A stretch of DNA of 64,000 nucleotides from Tubulanus polymorphus. Lineage: Eukaryota > Animalia > Nemertea. Of the stretch, positions 24,001 through 37,100 are shown piece by piece. Where the stretch lies: NCBI RefSeq assembly GCF_964204645.1, contig NC_134034.1, positions 13,653,062-13,717,061 on the forward strand, written 5' to 3'. A program made the position numbers and the translations under genes. Position 1 is the stretch's first letter. The number at the start of each line of letters is the position of its first letter. The notes beneath the pieces were generated by a model that had not been told where the DNA came from, made no database searches, and saw nothing but the letters and a program-made list of their open reading frames with translations.

Positions 24001-27000
24001 CAAATGAAACCCCGTCGATTCTGCAGTTGCAGCCAATTTCTAATCGTGTAAAAACATTTCATTGTTTCCATGGTAAATAAATCTACTACGCGTTCGATTC
24101 CAATTAGTGATTGATTTTCTATTCAAAACTTGCATTTGTTTCATCTATCACAGGCTTGGAGCGTTGCCAATTCCACACGGATTCAGATTCCCGCCCGTTA
24201 TCAAGGGGTTTACAAATACATCTAAAATCCTACCTAAATGCTTTTTTAAATTGGGGCTGTGCGACTGACTCCTGGGGCTTTTACGTAGGTCTTATGTTTC
24301 AAATCGAAACATTAGAAAGCATTGACCATGTACGTACGTGTGAATTTCCCTATCTGTAACGGTCAAGTAAAGTCCCGTATCGAAAGTGTCTATTTTCCCT
24401 GTTTCGGCGACATCACGTGGTTCCTCCTGAGAAAAAAAGACACTTTTGGTAAAAAACCAATAATTTCGAACAGGGTCACCAGGATATTTGATACGGGGTC
24501 GAACGAATGGGACATCTACCGTGGACGCGAACGCGCGGGATTGAATGCATGGTGGCTTCACTTTGATTTCTGGTGTAGTAGATAGAATGTTATATACTTA
24601 CTGCGATAGACCCTGTCGGAGATTGTGGGGGTAACACGGCCATCATGTCAACCTCGTTCAACGTTCCTTGCGGATACTACGTAAAAAAAAAAATATTTTC
24701 ATCGAAAAGCCTATTAACATTTAGTGAAATTCTTCCAATATGGCTGCCCTGCCCTTATCAACGTCCGAATGACTAAATAACAATTGCGATTTGATGATGT
24801 CATAGGGGGATTTAAAACGAAGTTGTAACATAGCGTATCTATAAATTTCCACAAGTCAAAATCACGAAGGTAATTCAATGTCAGGATTGAGGGAGGCAGC
24901 CATCTTGTGTCTGGATTAGATTTACAGTGCGAGTCTTACTGGTTTAACGATTTCTTTAATGAGGAATGTTTTAATTCCGGCGAGTTTAATTCGTTCGTCT
25001 CTCGTTTCACCGTCGCCCGATTCGAGAATGAATTCACCATTCAGAAACGACGCCGTCGTCTGTGAAATGTGCACACGACTTTTTGTAACGAAATAAAGTA
25101 AGATTTTATTATTATCGCGAATTATAATCAATATACATTTACAGCACGTTACGAGTATTGCGTATATGGATTATTTCATCAGACTCTGAGACCAGTCCTG
25201 TAAGGGTTAAATTCTGGACAAGTTTTTGGAGTTAGTTCACTTGACTCTGAATCCAGTTCCGCAGTTGTGTGGGTTTAATTTGACTCTGAATCCAGTTTCG
25301 CAGTTGTGAGTTAGATTTATAGTTGTGTGGGTTTAGTTTTACTAAGTTAATTGACTCGTACCCTGGAACGCCCCCGCTTTCCATTCTGTTTGCCAGTGAC
25401 ACCTCTTTACCCAACACATCGTACTGCCACTGTTTCAGACCCAGCACTCCAGCGAGAACAGCTCCCGTGTGGATACCAACTCTCATGTTCACTCCAGACT
25501 GAGTCTTCATTCGAACTATTCTATAAATATATTCAAAATCATTGATAAATTTGACTCTTAGGTTATCACAATTGAAACTGGTTTAACTCACTCGAACACT
25601 CACCCGATAACCTCGACCATGCTGAGGCCCATGTGAATAGCTAACACGGCGTGGTCGGATCTGGGATAGGGGGCGCCACTTATACAATAATAACAGTCCC
25701 CTAAAATCTTGATGCGTAACTGGTTGTATTTCTATACAAGAAAATTATCGATTTTTAAAGTTTATCAAGTGATCAATCGATCTATCGTTGCAGGGTCGGT
25801 CCAGGGGCAGGATCTGAGGGTTTTTCCCTAATTCTGTGAGGGCAGATGAATTTAGACAATTAATTGGAGCACGGATTTGTTCGATGAAAAATGGTACGGC
25901 AAAGAGAATAGAATAATATTCATGAAAAAAAAAGAATCACATTTGAGGCGTTTTAAGATGGAAGACTAGGCAAAAATAGAAATAAAGTTTCATTTATCAT
26001 TTGAGCACTTCCGACAGAAGATCTGGGAAGGAATGCGGGAAAATTGTGTTGCATTGAATACAAACAAAAGGGCGTTACAGCCGTGGTGCCGGAAATCAAA
26101 ATCATGCCTTCTTCGAAATCATAATTTCGAGGGTTTTACAGAAGTCTCATCACACCCCCTATAGGTCCGCCCCTGCATCGATTATCTCAATTACGATAAA
26201 AAGTCACCTGTGATAATTTGTCGAAGCGAGCGAACAGATCGTTGAGTATTTTGATGAGGTCTTTCGCTGAACAGGACGACGACAAAGCCGTGAAACCGAC
26301 AATATCAGCGAACAGAATACTGAAAAATAAAGATCACCCGGAACCGGCCCAGTTCTACAATGTTCTGGTGGTTTAGTGGTGTGCGTTTGGTGAATGGCGG
26401 TGTTGAGGTATAGATGAGGGGATGGATGGATGCGGGAATGGCGGTGTTGAGGTATAGATGAGGAGATGGATGGATTCTCACAATACCTGACGTTCTCATG
26501 TCGACCCATATAAATCCGTCTGAATTGTGTATCATCTGCCTGTTTATCTATATCAGTTAGAACCTGATCAGCCACGTGTTTAGGAAGAACCGACAATAGC
26601 AGACGTTCCTGTATAAACAAAGACAAAAAAACGACAAATCATAATTTGAGTTCCAAATCTCTCTTTCCGGGAACTCGTTATTTCGGGGGCTCGGCTGTTC
26701 CCGTTGATATTTCTTTTGTCGACATAAAGTTTGCTTTAAACCGGGGCTGTAAATAAATAACCTAAGTTTACAACCTGGGAATTATGAGCTTTTGCCGAAT
26801 ATATTCTAGTAAAAGTTCACAGATGTTGAAAATACCGAGAATTATTGTGGAATCTAGGATATCCATATTGCTTTAAACAACATATGAGAGGGTGCCTTTG
26901 GTGAATAGAGTCGACCACACCTGACTGGTCACCACACTGACCGGACATATTTACAAACTCATTCTATCAGTCCTAGTGGCCTAGTGGGTTAGCGTGCACG

Positions 27001-30000
27001 TCTGGCATACTGGAGATTGCAGGTTCGGATCCTGCTAGGGTTAGGGTTACAAGCGATCTAGGGTTAGGGTTACGAGCGAGTTAGGGTTAAGGTTGGGGCT
27101 AATTTTTGACCGGCGAGGTGTTGGTATGACAATCACCTCCTTGGCTTGTGTAATTTTTTGGTCAATAGATTCTGCTAACTTATTTGATTAGAACGTGTTT
27201 TGAACAGTTTCCCAGACCTATTCCCACGCTGCTGTTCCATCAGTTCATCAACTCATTGCTGAAAGGCTTTCGTAATCGTTGGACGACCGAGTATCTATCT
27301 ACCTTAAAAGAACTGGTTTCGGGAAACAACATCTCCGAAATCAAACATATTTGATTCAGTGCATTTATGTTTCCCCGCGGTTCTCGTGCGCTGACGTCCA
27401 TGTGCCATGGACCGCAATGTCTCCTCTTAGTTCATCTCATTTTGCAGCAACAACCTACGCTTTGAAGGGCTTTTATTGTTATTAATCAGAATTCATCCGT
27501 CATTAATCATCACCGTTTTCGCCATTAACACGAATCGAGGTATCGTTTATAAAAATTACCCCGATCTGACGATTGATTATGATTTTCTCATAACGCGAGC
27601 TCTGAGATGAGTATATTTAATTCCTAGGTCGATTTGTTATACAAGTTACGGGGTCAAGGGCGCTTTAACTAACGATGTATATCGCGTAACCGAACTGAAC
27701 TCCAATGATGGCTTCGGTGCGGATTTCAGGGCGTTGCGCGCCTCCGATTGATTGGAACACATGATCTGTCTCCTTTAAAACCGATGTATACAACTCTTCT
27801 TATTGAAAATAATGATTTTAAATGCATCAATTTTTCTACATTTCCCGGAGGACGATCCCTAGGGGTAGGCGAATCGGTCGTATAGGTCCCTGCGCCAGCA
27901 TTAATCTATTTTCGTAGAAAGTGAAGAGATGATCTGCGCTCACACGTGGTGCGTGTTTGAGTCTGATAACATCGATTTGTCAGACGATGACGACGACATT
28001 TCACCTGCGCGCGCGCGCTCTGCGCCCCGCGAATTGATCTATCGTTAAAGCGATAAGCGGACTGAAACGGGCATCATAATCATTTCTTTCGTTTATCGAG
28101 CAGTTCGAAAATCTATATTATATAATTACTATTAAATAGACAAGCGGGCGCCGTGTTATAGATAGAAATGTACGCCGATATTGATTGGTTGATTGATGAT
28201 AAACTAGGTATCGGGTATATCGATCGAATCACGAGATTATCACAAATATATAGATGGCACTTGTTGACTTGTTGGGCCATGAAGACCGGTTAACTCCAAA
28301 CAGAAAATCTCTGGGACAAGCGTTCTACGTTTTTTGCACCCATTACGAACTACTTTTATACGGGTTTTGGCCCGTGCAAAAATAAGGCCCGGAACATCTG
28401 TTCACACGGATGCAAAATTGGCCGAATTCGGCCCGACCAAAAACGTTGGACCGGGCCCGAGCCAAATTTTAGGATGGATCAAATTATTGTTGGTGAATTG
28501 CAACTGGTTCCAGAAGTGACTCCACTTCGCTTTGTTTAAGCATGTTGTTTAGTATCGAGTGAGTGGTTTGTGACTGCGCTCTCTGATTAGGCACGGCCAA
28601 AACTTTGGCCCGATCCAAATCGTCTCCATGTGATCGCCGCTTAAAGCTTACTGCTAAACAAGAGATTTCAGTGGGGATTAGCGTTTTGATTTTTTTCTGA
28701 CTCTGACTTGATTTACAGGTCGCGAGTTGGGAGCGGTTTTAACGGATACCTGTAGTTTGCTTTCGTCTTCAATCTGATGTTTAACTTGCAACGATTTTTC
28801 AGTCTGGGAGAACACGGCTCTGTGTCTCTGATCAAACATATAGTAAAGTGTTACCCCGGCTAGATTTACCGACGTCATCAGCAAAAAGTTCGCCGCGATC
28901 TGAAACAAAAAATCATCGGTTTTCATTTACTCACTGATTGTGATTATTGGAAATTTGATAATGGTGGAAAAAACATGTTTGATGAATTGCTAGCATCCAC
29001 TAATTCCTCGGAATTGTTAGATTTACCGAAAGGCGGTTTAACCAATAGTTTGGCAGCCGATCTTATAAGAAATATGAGGTGACTGTTGAGATTGGTTTTG
29101 GATGTTTTTGCGCACACGTGGATAATGGTTTTGATCTTGAAATAGGGAATTGTGCCTGTTATTTACTTGATCGATGGAATGATTTGATTTGGGTATTTTG
29201 TATTACCTTACAAACCCATCACGTCAGACACGTGACCGAAACGGGTGGCTAATGGTTCAAGTAATAATTACGAAAAAGCCGACATACGTATTTCAATATT
29301 CTAAAGTTGTTGGTTTTTTATCAGTTTTTTTTATCAAACCTATCTCAACCACAACTTTTTTACTAAGTGCCTCAAACTTAACCAATACGGTAAAACTAAC
29401 TGGATCCGGTGTCTACTTACTTTGAAAGTTTTCGAAAGACTTACCTGGTTAGCGGCGTCCTCGCGGTGTCGGGTTCGACTATCCGTCAGATATTTGACTA
29501 AACCTATAATCGTGTAGATCAACGCTAGAATCAGGTTTAGAAATAGGCACCACCTCAACGCCAAGGGCAGGGCTACGAATGTCAAAAACATTAATGCTAA
29601 AACCCATTCTAGTTGACCGTACAGAACCGTGTAGGGTTCCAGTATCCCGACGTACAGCAAAATCTGCAGGGCTAAATTCGTCCAGATGAGATAGGGAAGT
29701 TTTTCTAGTACGAACTGCCCGCACAGATCCAACGATAGCAGAACGGATAAAGTAACTGCGCAGGATAGCCACAAAACTGAGAAAACTAACAGAACAGCTT
29801 CCGACGTGTGACCGTTGAAATTCAGACAGACGCGTATCAAAACCGCCAAACTGTAGAGTATCGAAAACTTGACGAAACACCCGATTGCCGAAGTTCGTTT
29901 CTCTTGCGCGAAATATCTTCGATAGGAAAGCTCATCGTCTTCGTCCGGAAATATCCGTCTGCGACCGAATTGTAACCACTGAAATCTCGCAGACGATTGC

Positions 30001-30068
30001 GACTGGACTCTGTTAACTTTGGGCCCGCTACCTAGACTGGACGGAGTTCGAGGGCTATTCGCTATCAT
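19637..30068 (-). CDS. ADCY3: transmembrane adenylate cyclase, type 3-like, 1024 aa, 20 exons
   Basis: Exons 30068-29445, 28899-28750, 26608-26487, 26319-26208, 25731-25604, 25520-25362, 25078-24940, 24676-24602, 24426-24338, 23902-23741, 23407-23320, 23044-22928, 22811-22597, 22113-22038, 21940-21782, 21545-21399, 20862-20758, 20377-20272, 20016-19892, 19813-19637. C1: [24 protein letters not shown]2: [79 protein letters not shown] and KPHYDIW are AC3-type signatures. Confidence 0.92.
21017..21066. repeat. (AT)n microsatellite
   Basis: Dinucleotide run in a cyclase intron. Confidence 0.95.
25802..26175. mobile_element. possible hAT-type MITE
   Basis: Termini CAGGGGCAGGATCT ... AGGTCCGCCCCTG. 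No clear TSD. Confidence 0.35.
26845..27200 (+). mobile_element. element with tRNA-like core and TTAGGG repeats (copy 2)
   Basis: GAATCTAGGATATCC...GAGAGGGTGCCTTTGGTGAATAG...CTGACTGGTCACCAC..., then a tRNA-like segment at about 26968-27039, then TAGGGTTAGGGTTAC repeats, then TAGATTCTGCTAACTTATTTG. Confidence 0.75.
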
Positions 30069-30269
30069 TATGCCACGATCTTTCCGCAGGGCACCTTGAC
30101 TCTATTCGCACGAATTCAGATAGAGTTGCGCAAAAAATATTCAATGACGAATTAATTTCCGATTTTTTTTCCGAACAAAAATAACTCCACTCACAGAATA
30201 ATGTTCCAGACGAAATGTGAGTTTTGGAATTGAATAGTTTGTTGGTGGGCGAATTTTATCCCTTCAGCT

Positions 30270-30283
30270 GATGTCATGGTAAC
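30270..30283 (-). promoter_or_regulatory. RFX X-box-like motif upstream of the cyclase
   Basis: GTTACC-AT-GACATC about 200 bp 5' of the ATG; one half-site is perfect and one imperfect. Confidence 0.35.
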
Positions 30284-30424
30284 AGCGACAGACGATGTAT
30301 TATTTTGATCGATGATCGCTCGCTCAATGATCGCTCGCTCGCGCTGCAGAAAGCGTAATCACGTAATAAACTGATTTTATTTAATTCATACAAATCGAAG
30401 TTTGTTCTCCGATCCAGAGTTCCA

Positions 30425-30660
30425 AGTCAGCGTTATCGAGTTCCCTGATTCTCAACTTGGTGAAATATTTACAGTAGTCTCAACACGCTACCGACTTCCC
30501 TGATTGTCAACTCGGTGAAATATTTACAGCAGTCCCTCCCTGATTCTCAACTCGGTGAAATATTTACAGTAGTCTCAACGCTACCCTGATGCCAATCTCG
30601 ACGAAATATTCACACGGTTTTCTTCACTGAAGAGTTTCTCAGATTCTCAACTCGGCGACA
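30425..30660. repeat. degenerate CTGATTCTCAACTCGGTGAAATATTTACAG repeats
   Basis: About 5 degenerate copies; the same unit recurs at 32212-32290 in a CFAP221 intron. Confidence 0.8.
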
Positions 30661-31178
30661 GTAACAGTCCATTATATATACCTACATAACGGCATCCGTG
30701 CAAAGCTACGGGTGTTTGAAGAAATCAAGGTCGAATGGTTCCCAATTGAGAGATTGGCATTTGCCCATCAAAGAAACACATCCAAAAACTGACTCAAAAA
30801 GGCTTTTTTTAACAACTTTATCACAATATATTTAAGATAATCATTTCATTATAATCTAACATTATATATAAGTTTTTATACTAAATGAAACACGTGGACG
30901 GAACGAAGTCGTCATAAATCACAATTCTTATTTTTAGATGAAAAATATAGACATTAATATCGAGGAATGTATTAAACTTTTTCTTTGCTTACAGATTTAT
31001 TTTCGACATAAAATGTCTTTAAATAAACTGGGCACATACAATTTCGAGGGACAGTCTCATAAATAGCAAAGCGCCCTGAAAACGTATCGTTAACTCTACT
31101 CTACAAGACGAGAGGAGGAGAACGCAGTGATTTAATCATTCAATTTTGAAAAATAAGTTCAATGAACAAAATACGTGT

Positions 31179-34100
31179 TTATTTCAGTAAAAGGTCCTTG
31201 TTCACTGTCAGTCCTGACATGTGTTTAATCCGCGATTTTATTTTCTGACCGAGTCGATCGTATTTCTTGTTCAGGAAAAAGTCCAATTCTTGTTCGCGTT
31301 TTTCTCTGCGGAAAGAAATCGAAAATCGATGTTATTTTTGTGTTTTTCGAAAATTCATATTTAGTGGTGAAGAGTTAAGGGGTTAAACGTACCTGGGAAC
31401 CGGGCCGGTCGCCGATACCGGGATATTCGTAGCCGGCATCTTATTTCCAAATGGAAACATATCCCTAGAAAAACAACACACAAGAGGGGTTTTTAGGGTT
31501 AGTTTTCCAATTGCATGCACAGAGTTTCAAGGTTCTGATTGGGTCAGAACATCAGTACTGAACTCATTTCAACTCAAACTCACAACTGTTGAACCCGTTC
31601 CTAATAGAGGGCGATACTTACTCTTTGGGTTTTTCCGTAGAAGTTTCGGCGTCAATGTCGACCAATGAAAATTGTGCGTTTACCATTTGCGGCGTTAACA
31701 TCACCTTACCCTCAGTATCTCTACAAATATACATAAGAAACAAACTTTCTTTATAATGATACAAGGGAATTATATCTACCTGGAAAATTTGTACATGTTA
31801 AGATAACACACATACAATAGATGCAATGTGTCCGTCTACTGAAGACTAACTTATCTCTTAGATTGTCGAACTAATCACATGTATATGTAACATGTAAGAC
31901 AACATGCACATGTAAGATGTAACCAGTGTTGTCTGCTCGATACTTACTCGTCATCTTCGATGATGTTTGTTTTATCGTGTTCTGGTAACCCGTCAAACAG
32001 AGCAGGAACAGTGTCCGGTAACAGCTCGCTACTGAACGGGTTCGACCAGCGAGCCATCCACACGTTCGTTAAGGTCGGCGTGTTCGCCAACGATGTCAGA
32101 CCCTGAGACGGAAACTTCTTCCACGTCATTAAACCTTTTACAACATCCTGAAAGCAAAACACATTTCATGAGATGCCGTAACATCAACTTGGTATAGGGC
32201 CACAACACTCCATGATTCTCAACTCGGTGAAATATTTACAGCAGTCTCAACACGCTACCGAGTTCCCTGATTCTCAATTCAGTGAAATATCTACTTACGT
32301 CCTTATCGAGGAATTGTTTCTGCGTTGATGAATGAGGACTATCTTTATTTTGACAGGTATAACGTGGTATAGGACACAAGTGATAATCGGGATCAGTTTC
32401 AGCGTACGGTAGAGGTGGCTGGTAGACTTGTAAACCAGGCTCGGGATTCTGTAAATAAGTCAATCAACTTTCAGGATTGATTCAATAATACAGTTGTGCA
32501 GTGAAAATTACTAATTTTACAATTACTTTAACTCTACAGTCAAAATTAGTCCATTTCCAATTTCTTGCACTTTTAGTTGGACTCGTTTCATGAAAGAACT
32601 TACAAAAATATGTAAAGGTGGATATTTGATTGATTTGAATAGTGATTCGGGTGGTTTTAACGCAGTCAGTGATTCCTCCTCGGCGCCGCCCTCTAAGTCT
32701 TCCAGACGTAGGTCACCCTCGATTGTTTCATCGGCGAACTCAACCGGTAATAGGGACGGCATTGTGGCCGGCAAATTGATAACTTCATCCTGGAAAATGA
32801 ACAAAATCAAACAATCACTAGTCATGATATGAAATGATACGGCCAAGTTCCGCTGCCACAGTAGTGGTAGTCTACACTAGTGACACCTGGTGGATCCTCA
32901 CTTGCAACAAGTTGAATCCTCTATTGCCGCAGTAGTTGATGTCCTACTGCACACTAGTGACACCTGGTGGATCTCAACTTGCCACATTAGCGTTATTAAC
33001 CCAAAAACAAATGGCAAAATTGTTGAGAATTAAGCGCGTAATATTTACCTCAGCTCCGGTACGTAATGGTTTAGCGAGATTCGGTGGCACGTAACCGCTG
33101 GCAACTTCGTGTACATCGAATGCGTGGTAACCGTGCAGCTTGTATTGTTGCGGTACTTTCAGGTTGAAATACGGAACCTTCTTTTTCACGTCGACGATCG
33201 TCGGATCGACGGGGATTTTATCTAAAGCGTCCGGTGCCTGAAAAATGTTCAAACAAATATGTGCAGGTACAAGGGCATAAATCATGGATTTCTGCAAATA
33301 TTTGTTGAAGGTTTATTTACCATGTCATCTTTAACATTAGGAGGCACGTAGGTAGGAAATGTGACCGATTTGACTTTCTCCGCGGATAAAACTGTATCTA
33401 TTTCATCTCCTTTTTCCGCGTCTTCTTTTTCTTGTAAAATTCGACCTTCAAAATTCAGAAATCCTAACATTTCAATCTAAAGCAATGATCTAAAACTCGA
33501 TGCGTTTATGACTTCCATTTTGGCTCAATGATGTCATCCACTTCCCAGTTTTAGTCACAGTGACTTCAACGTTTAAATTTCTTGGTCTTCGTACACGCAA
33601 CCTTAACAATTGAATGTCCCTGACAACAAGATTCAACAATATTTCTGTCTAAATGACGTTTAATCGATGTTTCAGTCACAGTGACTTCAACGATGAAAAT
33701 TCTAAGCCTAAGTGGCTACAATGAGTCGATATTTCAGTCTAAATGACTCAATATATTGATGACTTCATTCAGCGTTTCAGTTTTATCAATCGCAACAATT
33801 CAACGTCTCAAGGTCTACAGAACTTACTCGGTGAAACGTATGGATTTTTACTGTTTTTACACTCATCGACGAGTGGTTTCAATAACGACAGTTTGTAGTC
33901 GATTCTCTGACGAAGCACGATTTTGCGGGCGACCTGTGCGAACCGGTTCAACGCGTAGTATCTCACCGCCCACGAGTCGTTACTATACATATCAAACTTT
34001 GTGTCTTCTTTCGCCAACTAGAAAAGAAAGATTCAAAATTTGAACCATTTCGGTTTCACTGATGACCAATTCTTACCTTCATGAGCGGGATATACAATTT

Positions 34101-37100
34101 TTTGAAAATTCTATTGCGTAAAATTGTATCTACACTGCAGTGCGGTGTATTGTAAATAACTGATTTTTAGCAATCTTTTAAAGTTTAAATCTCAAATTCT
34201 ATCTGCACGAAAACAAATCTCAAGGCCGGGAGTTTTACTCAAAATGTTTAACCATGAAGTACCAGTGCTGTCCTCTAAAGCTTACCTCGCTCGCATCCCT
34301 CATCGTTTTGCGGTAACTCGATTCAGTTTTCACTCTTTCGAGTTCAACATCAACGAGAGGATCGCCCCGATTATACTGAAAGAAAAACCACAAATAACCT
34401 ACATCTTTAATATGATAAAACCCACTATATACGGATAAACAGTTAAAAAATTGACGTTTCCATCTCACATTCGAGATCATCGTCAGGTTCGAATCTAAAT
34501 CCGTATCGTGGAGACTGAAATCATAATGATTCTCTTCATTGTTTACAGCAGCCTCACTGTCGACTGAATTGTTTTTGAGGAAATTTCAAAATACAGCCCC
34601 CTAAATCCACCAATGATTTCATCGAATTGACTACCAGGGATTTGATGATGTCATAAGGGATTTAGCATCTTAAACAGAAGGGTCTACTGGCTGGATATGA
34701 ATATGCCATTTATACTTCTCAATTTCTTATATTGTCGAGAGTAGGATTACTTTGGGCCCCATACTGTCTGAAAGCGCCCCCTGGTGTTCATACCTTGTAA
34801 TCGCTCCACGCCTGTTTTCTCGTTTCTAACACGTCTGTTCGCTCGTTCGTCGTCATTCCCTCGTCGCCGACCTTGACCTGCCAGCGCAGCTGATTCTGAC
34901 GCTCTTCGTAGACGTCTTGACGAACCGCGTGTTCAAACATCGCTTCCTGCAACAATAATGGATGTTATTCTTCATCAGACGTCATTTTTGAACAGGAAAT
35001 TTTTGGAGAAGTTACAACAGGATGGACACTTTTATATGGTTTGAATTCCCCTGTCTTTTCCCTGACATGCACGTAATTTTTTCATGACTTGATCCGCTCC
35101 AAATTCAATCAATTAACACAGTTAGACACAAAGACGGAGACTGTTGGTAAGTAGCCACCCTGAGTTTTCGAGCAGACTATCTTTTTCAACAGTTATTATT
35201 TTCTCAAAATCTTCAAACTCCAGCATTTTAGGGTAAGGATAAGTCAGCACTTAAAGAGTAAAGCTTAATTTTTTCACTTACTGAACCCAGGAGTCAAAGA
35301 TGAAGCAAAAAACTGTATAACTAAGTGCTGTTTTCGAACGCGACATACCTTCATTTGTCTCGTGGATGCCGTCGACCCACGTTTCGTGTGAATTGCTTCT
35401 CTCATATCTTTAGCTCGTAATTTCCCCGGTTCCTGATTCAGCACGCACGCCACCGCGTACGGTGTGTTCAAATCTACCGGAAACGAAATCCCCGACTTTT
35501 CCATCACCTTCAGATAAAAACATAACCAGAATAGAGACGTTGTTAAGATTGAAGAAGGGTAGTAGCAACCACCAGAAATGACAAGAGAAATCCCACAATA
35601 ACGAAGCCAAGATTTAAAAGTACGCCTGATGATGGTTACAGTTGTTAGCCGAAACGTCGCTCCTCAAATATAATCATTCTGATATAGAATTTTTCAATCT
35701 TGGCTTCGTTATTGTGGGATTTCTCTCGTCATCATCATACACGGATATTGTGTATCTTCTCGTCTAATCACCAGAAATATTTCCAATTCTAAATAAACTT
35801 TTTAGAATTGTTCATATATTGTGGGATTCTTACTCATCAAGTCTTATCACGGATATTGCCATTCTCAACTGATTCAGCTTTAATTTCTGTTTGTATGAGT
35901 GTACAAACCTTTGTAAATCCGGAAGCTTCTTGCGAGGAAGGTTTTATTTTTCTCTTTGTTCTCGAACGACCGATTGGAGACACATTGACCGGATCTAAAA
36001 CCGTTTCGTTCAGTTCCGGATACGACTGCATCGATATTTCCCTGTTGAATAAACACATACATGTGACATGAACATTTTGTATAAACAGGCACATGTCATA
36101 CAAACTTGCACATGTTACATCGAGGCACATTTTATTCAAGCATGATGTTTTATTCAAATTGGCAATGTCTTTTACATGAACACATTCGAAGTGCATGTTA
36201 CAATAAACAGTCAGGGTCCAGTTCCACAGTTCTGAGTTATGATTTAACTCTGAGATAACTCATTGAAAATGAACTAACTCTAACTCAAACTCTAACTCAG
36301 AACTGTGGAACTGGGTCCAGGTATTTTACTTACTTGAGTAATCCAGGAGTACTGTTACCGCTGACTACGCAGACCATCGGTTTAGAATTAAACTGTGAAG
36401 TTGTCACTTGCATTTTCATGACGGAAGTTGAAAATTCGGAAGGCGAAAAAGTAACGTTTATATCGACTGCTTCGTACGGTCGAATCGTACCTGTCAAATA
36501 GATGAAACATGTCTCACAGCTGAACATGTACCTGTGAATTCACATGAACATGTTTAATGGCTGCACATGTACCTGTGAATTCACATGAACATGTTTAATA
36601 GCTGAACATGTACCTGTGAATTCACATGAACATGTTTAATAGCTGAACATGTACCTGTGAATTTACATGAACATGTTTAATAGCTGCACATGTACCTGTG
36701 AATTCACATGAACATGTTTAATAGCTGCACATGTACCTGTGAATTCACATGAACATGTTAAATGGCTGCACATGTACCTGTGAATTCACATGAACATGTT
36801 TAATGGCTGTACATGTAAAAGTTCAACTTACCAGCCATTGGTTCGACAGTAAATGCAGGATGAGGCTGTAATATCGATATTTGATATTCAAACTCAATGG
36901 GAGCATTGTCTGAACGTAGCTGAACCGTACGAGTCGCACTGAAAAACAGAGAACAAATACATTCATTCAAATTAAACAGAAATAGTTTTCTGGAGCAAAC
37001 AATCCGATATCAACATTATGAAACATTAGAAGTTCTTGTTATAAGGCACTTTGATTGATTCTAAATACAACTTGCAACTGGCCTACACTTATCAAACTCA

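Noticed and set aside
26968-27039. Functional tRNA gene (also near 16730-16800, 44375-44455 and 50215-50278)
   Set aside because: Stems are broken, copies are diverged from each other, and each is embedded in a larger repeat. These are tRNA-derived elements.
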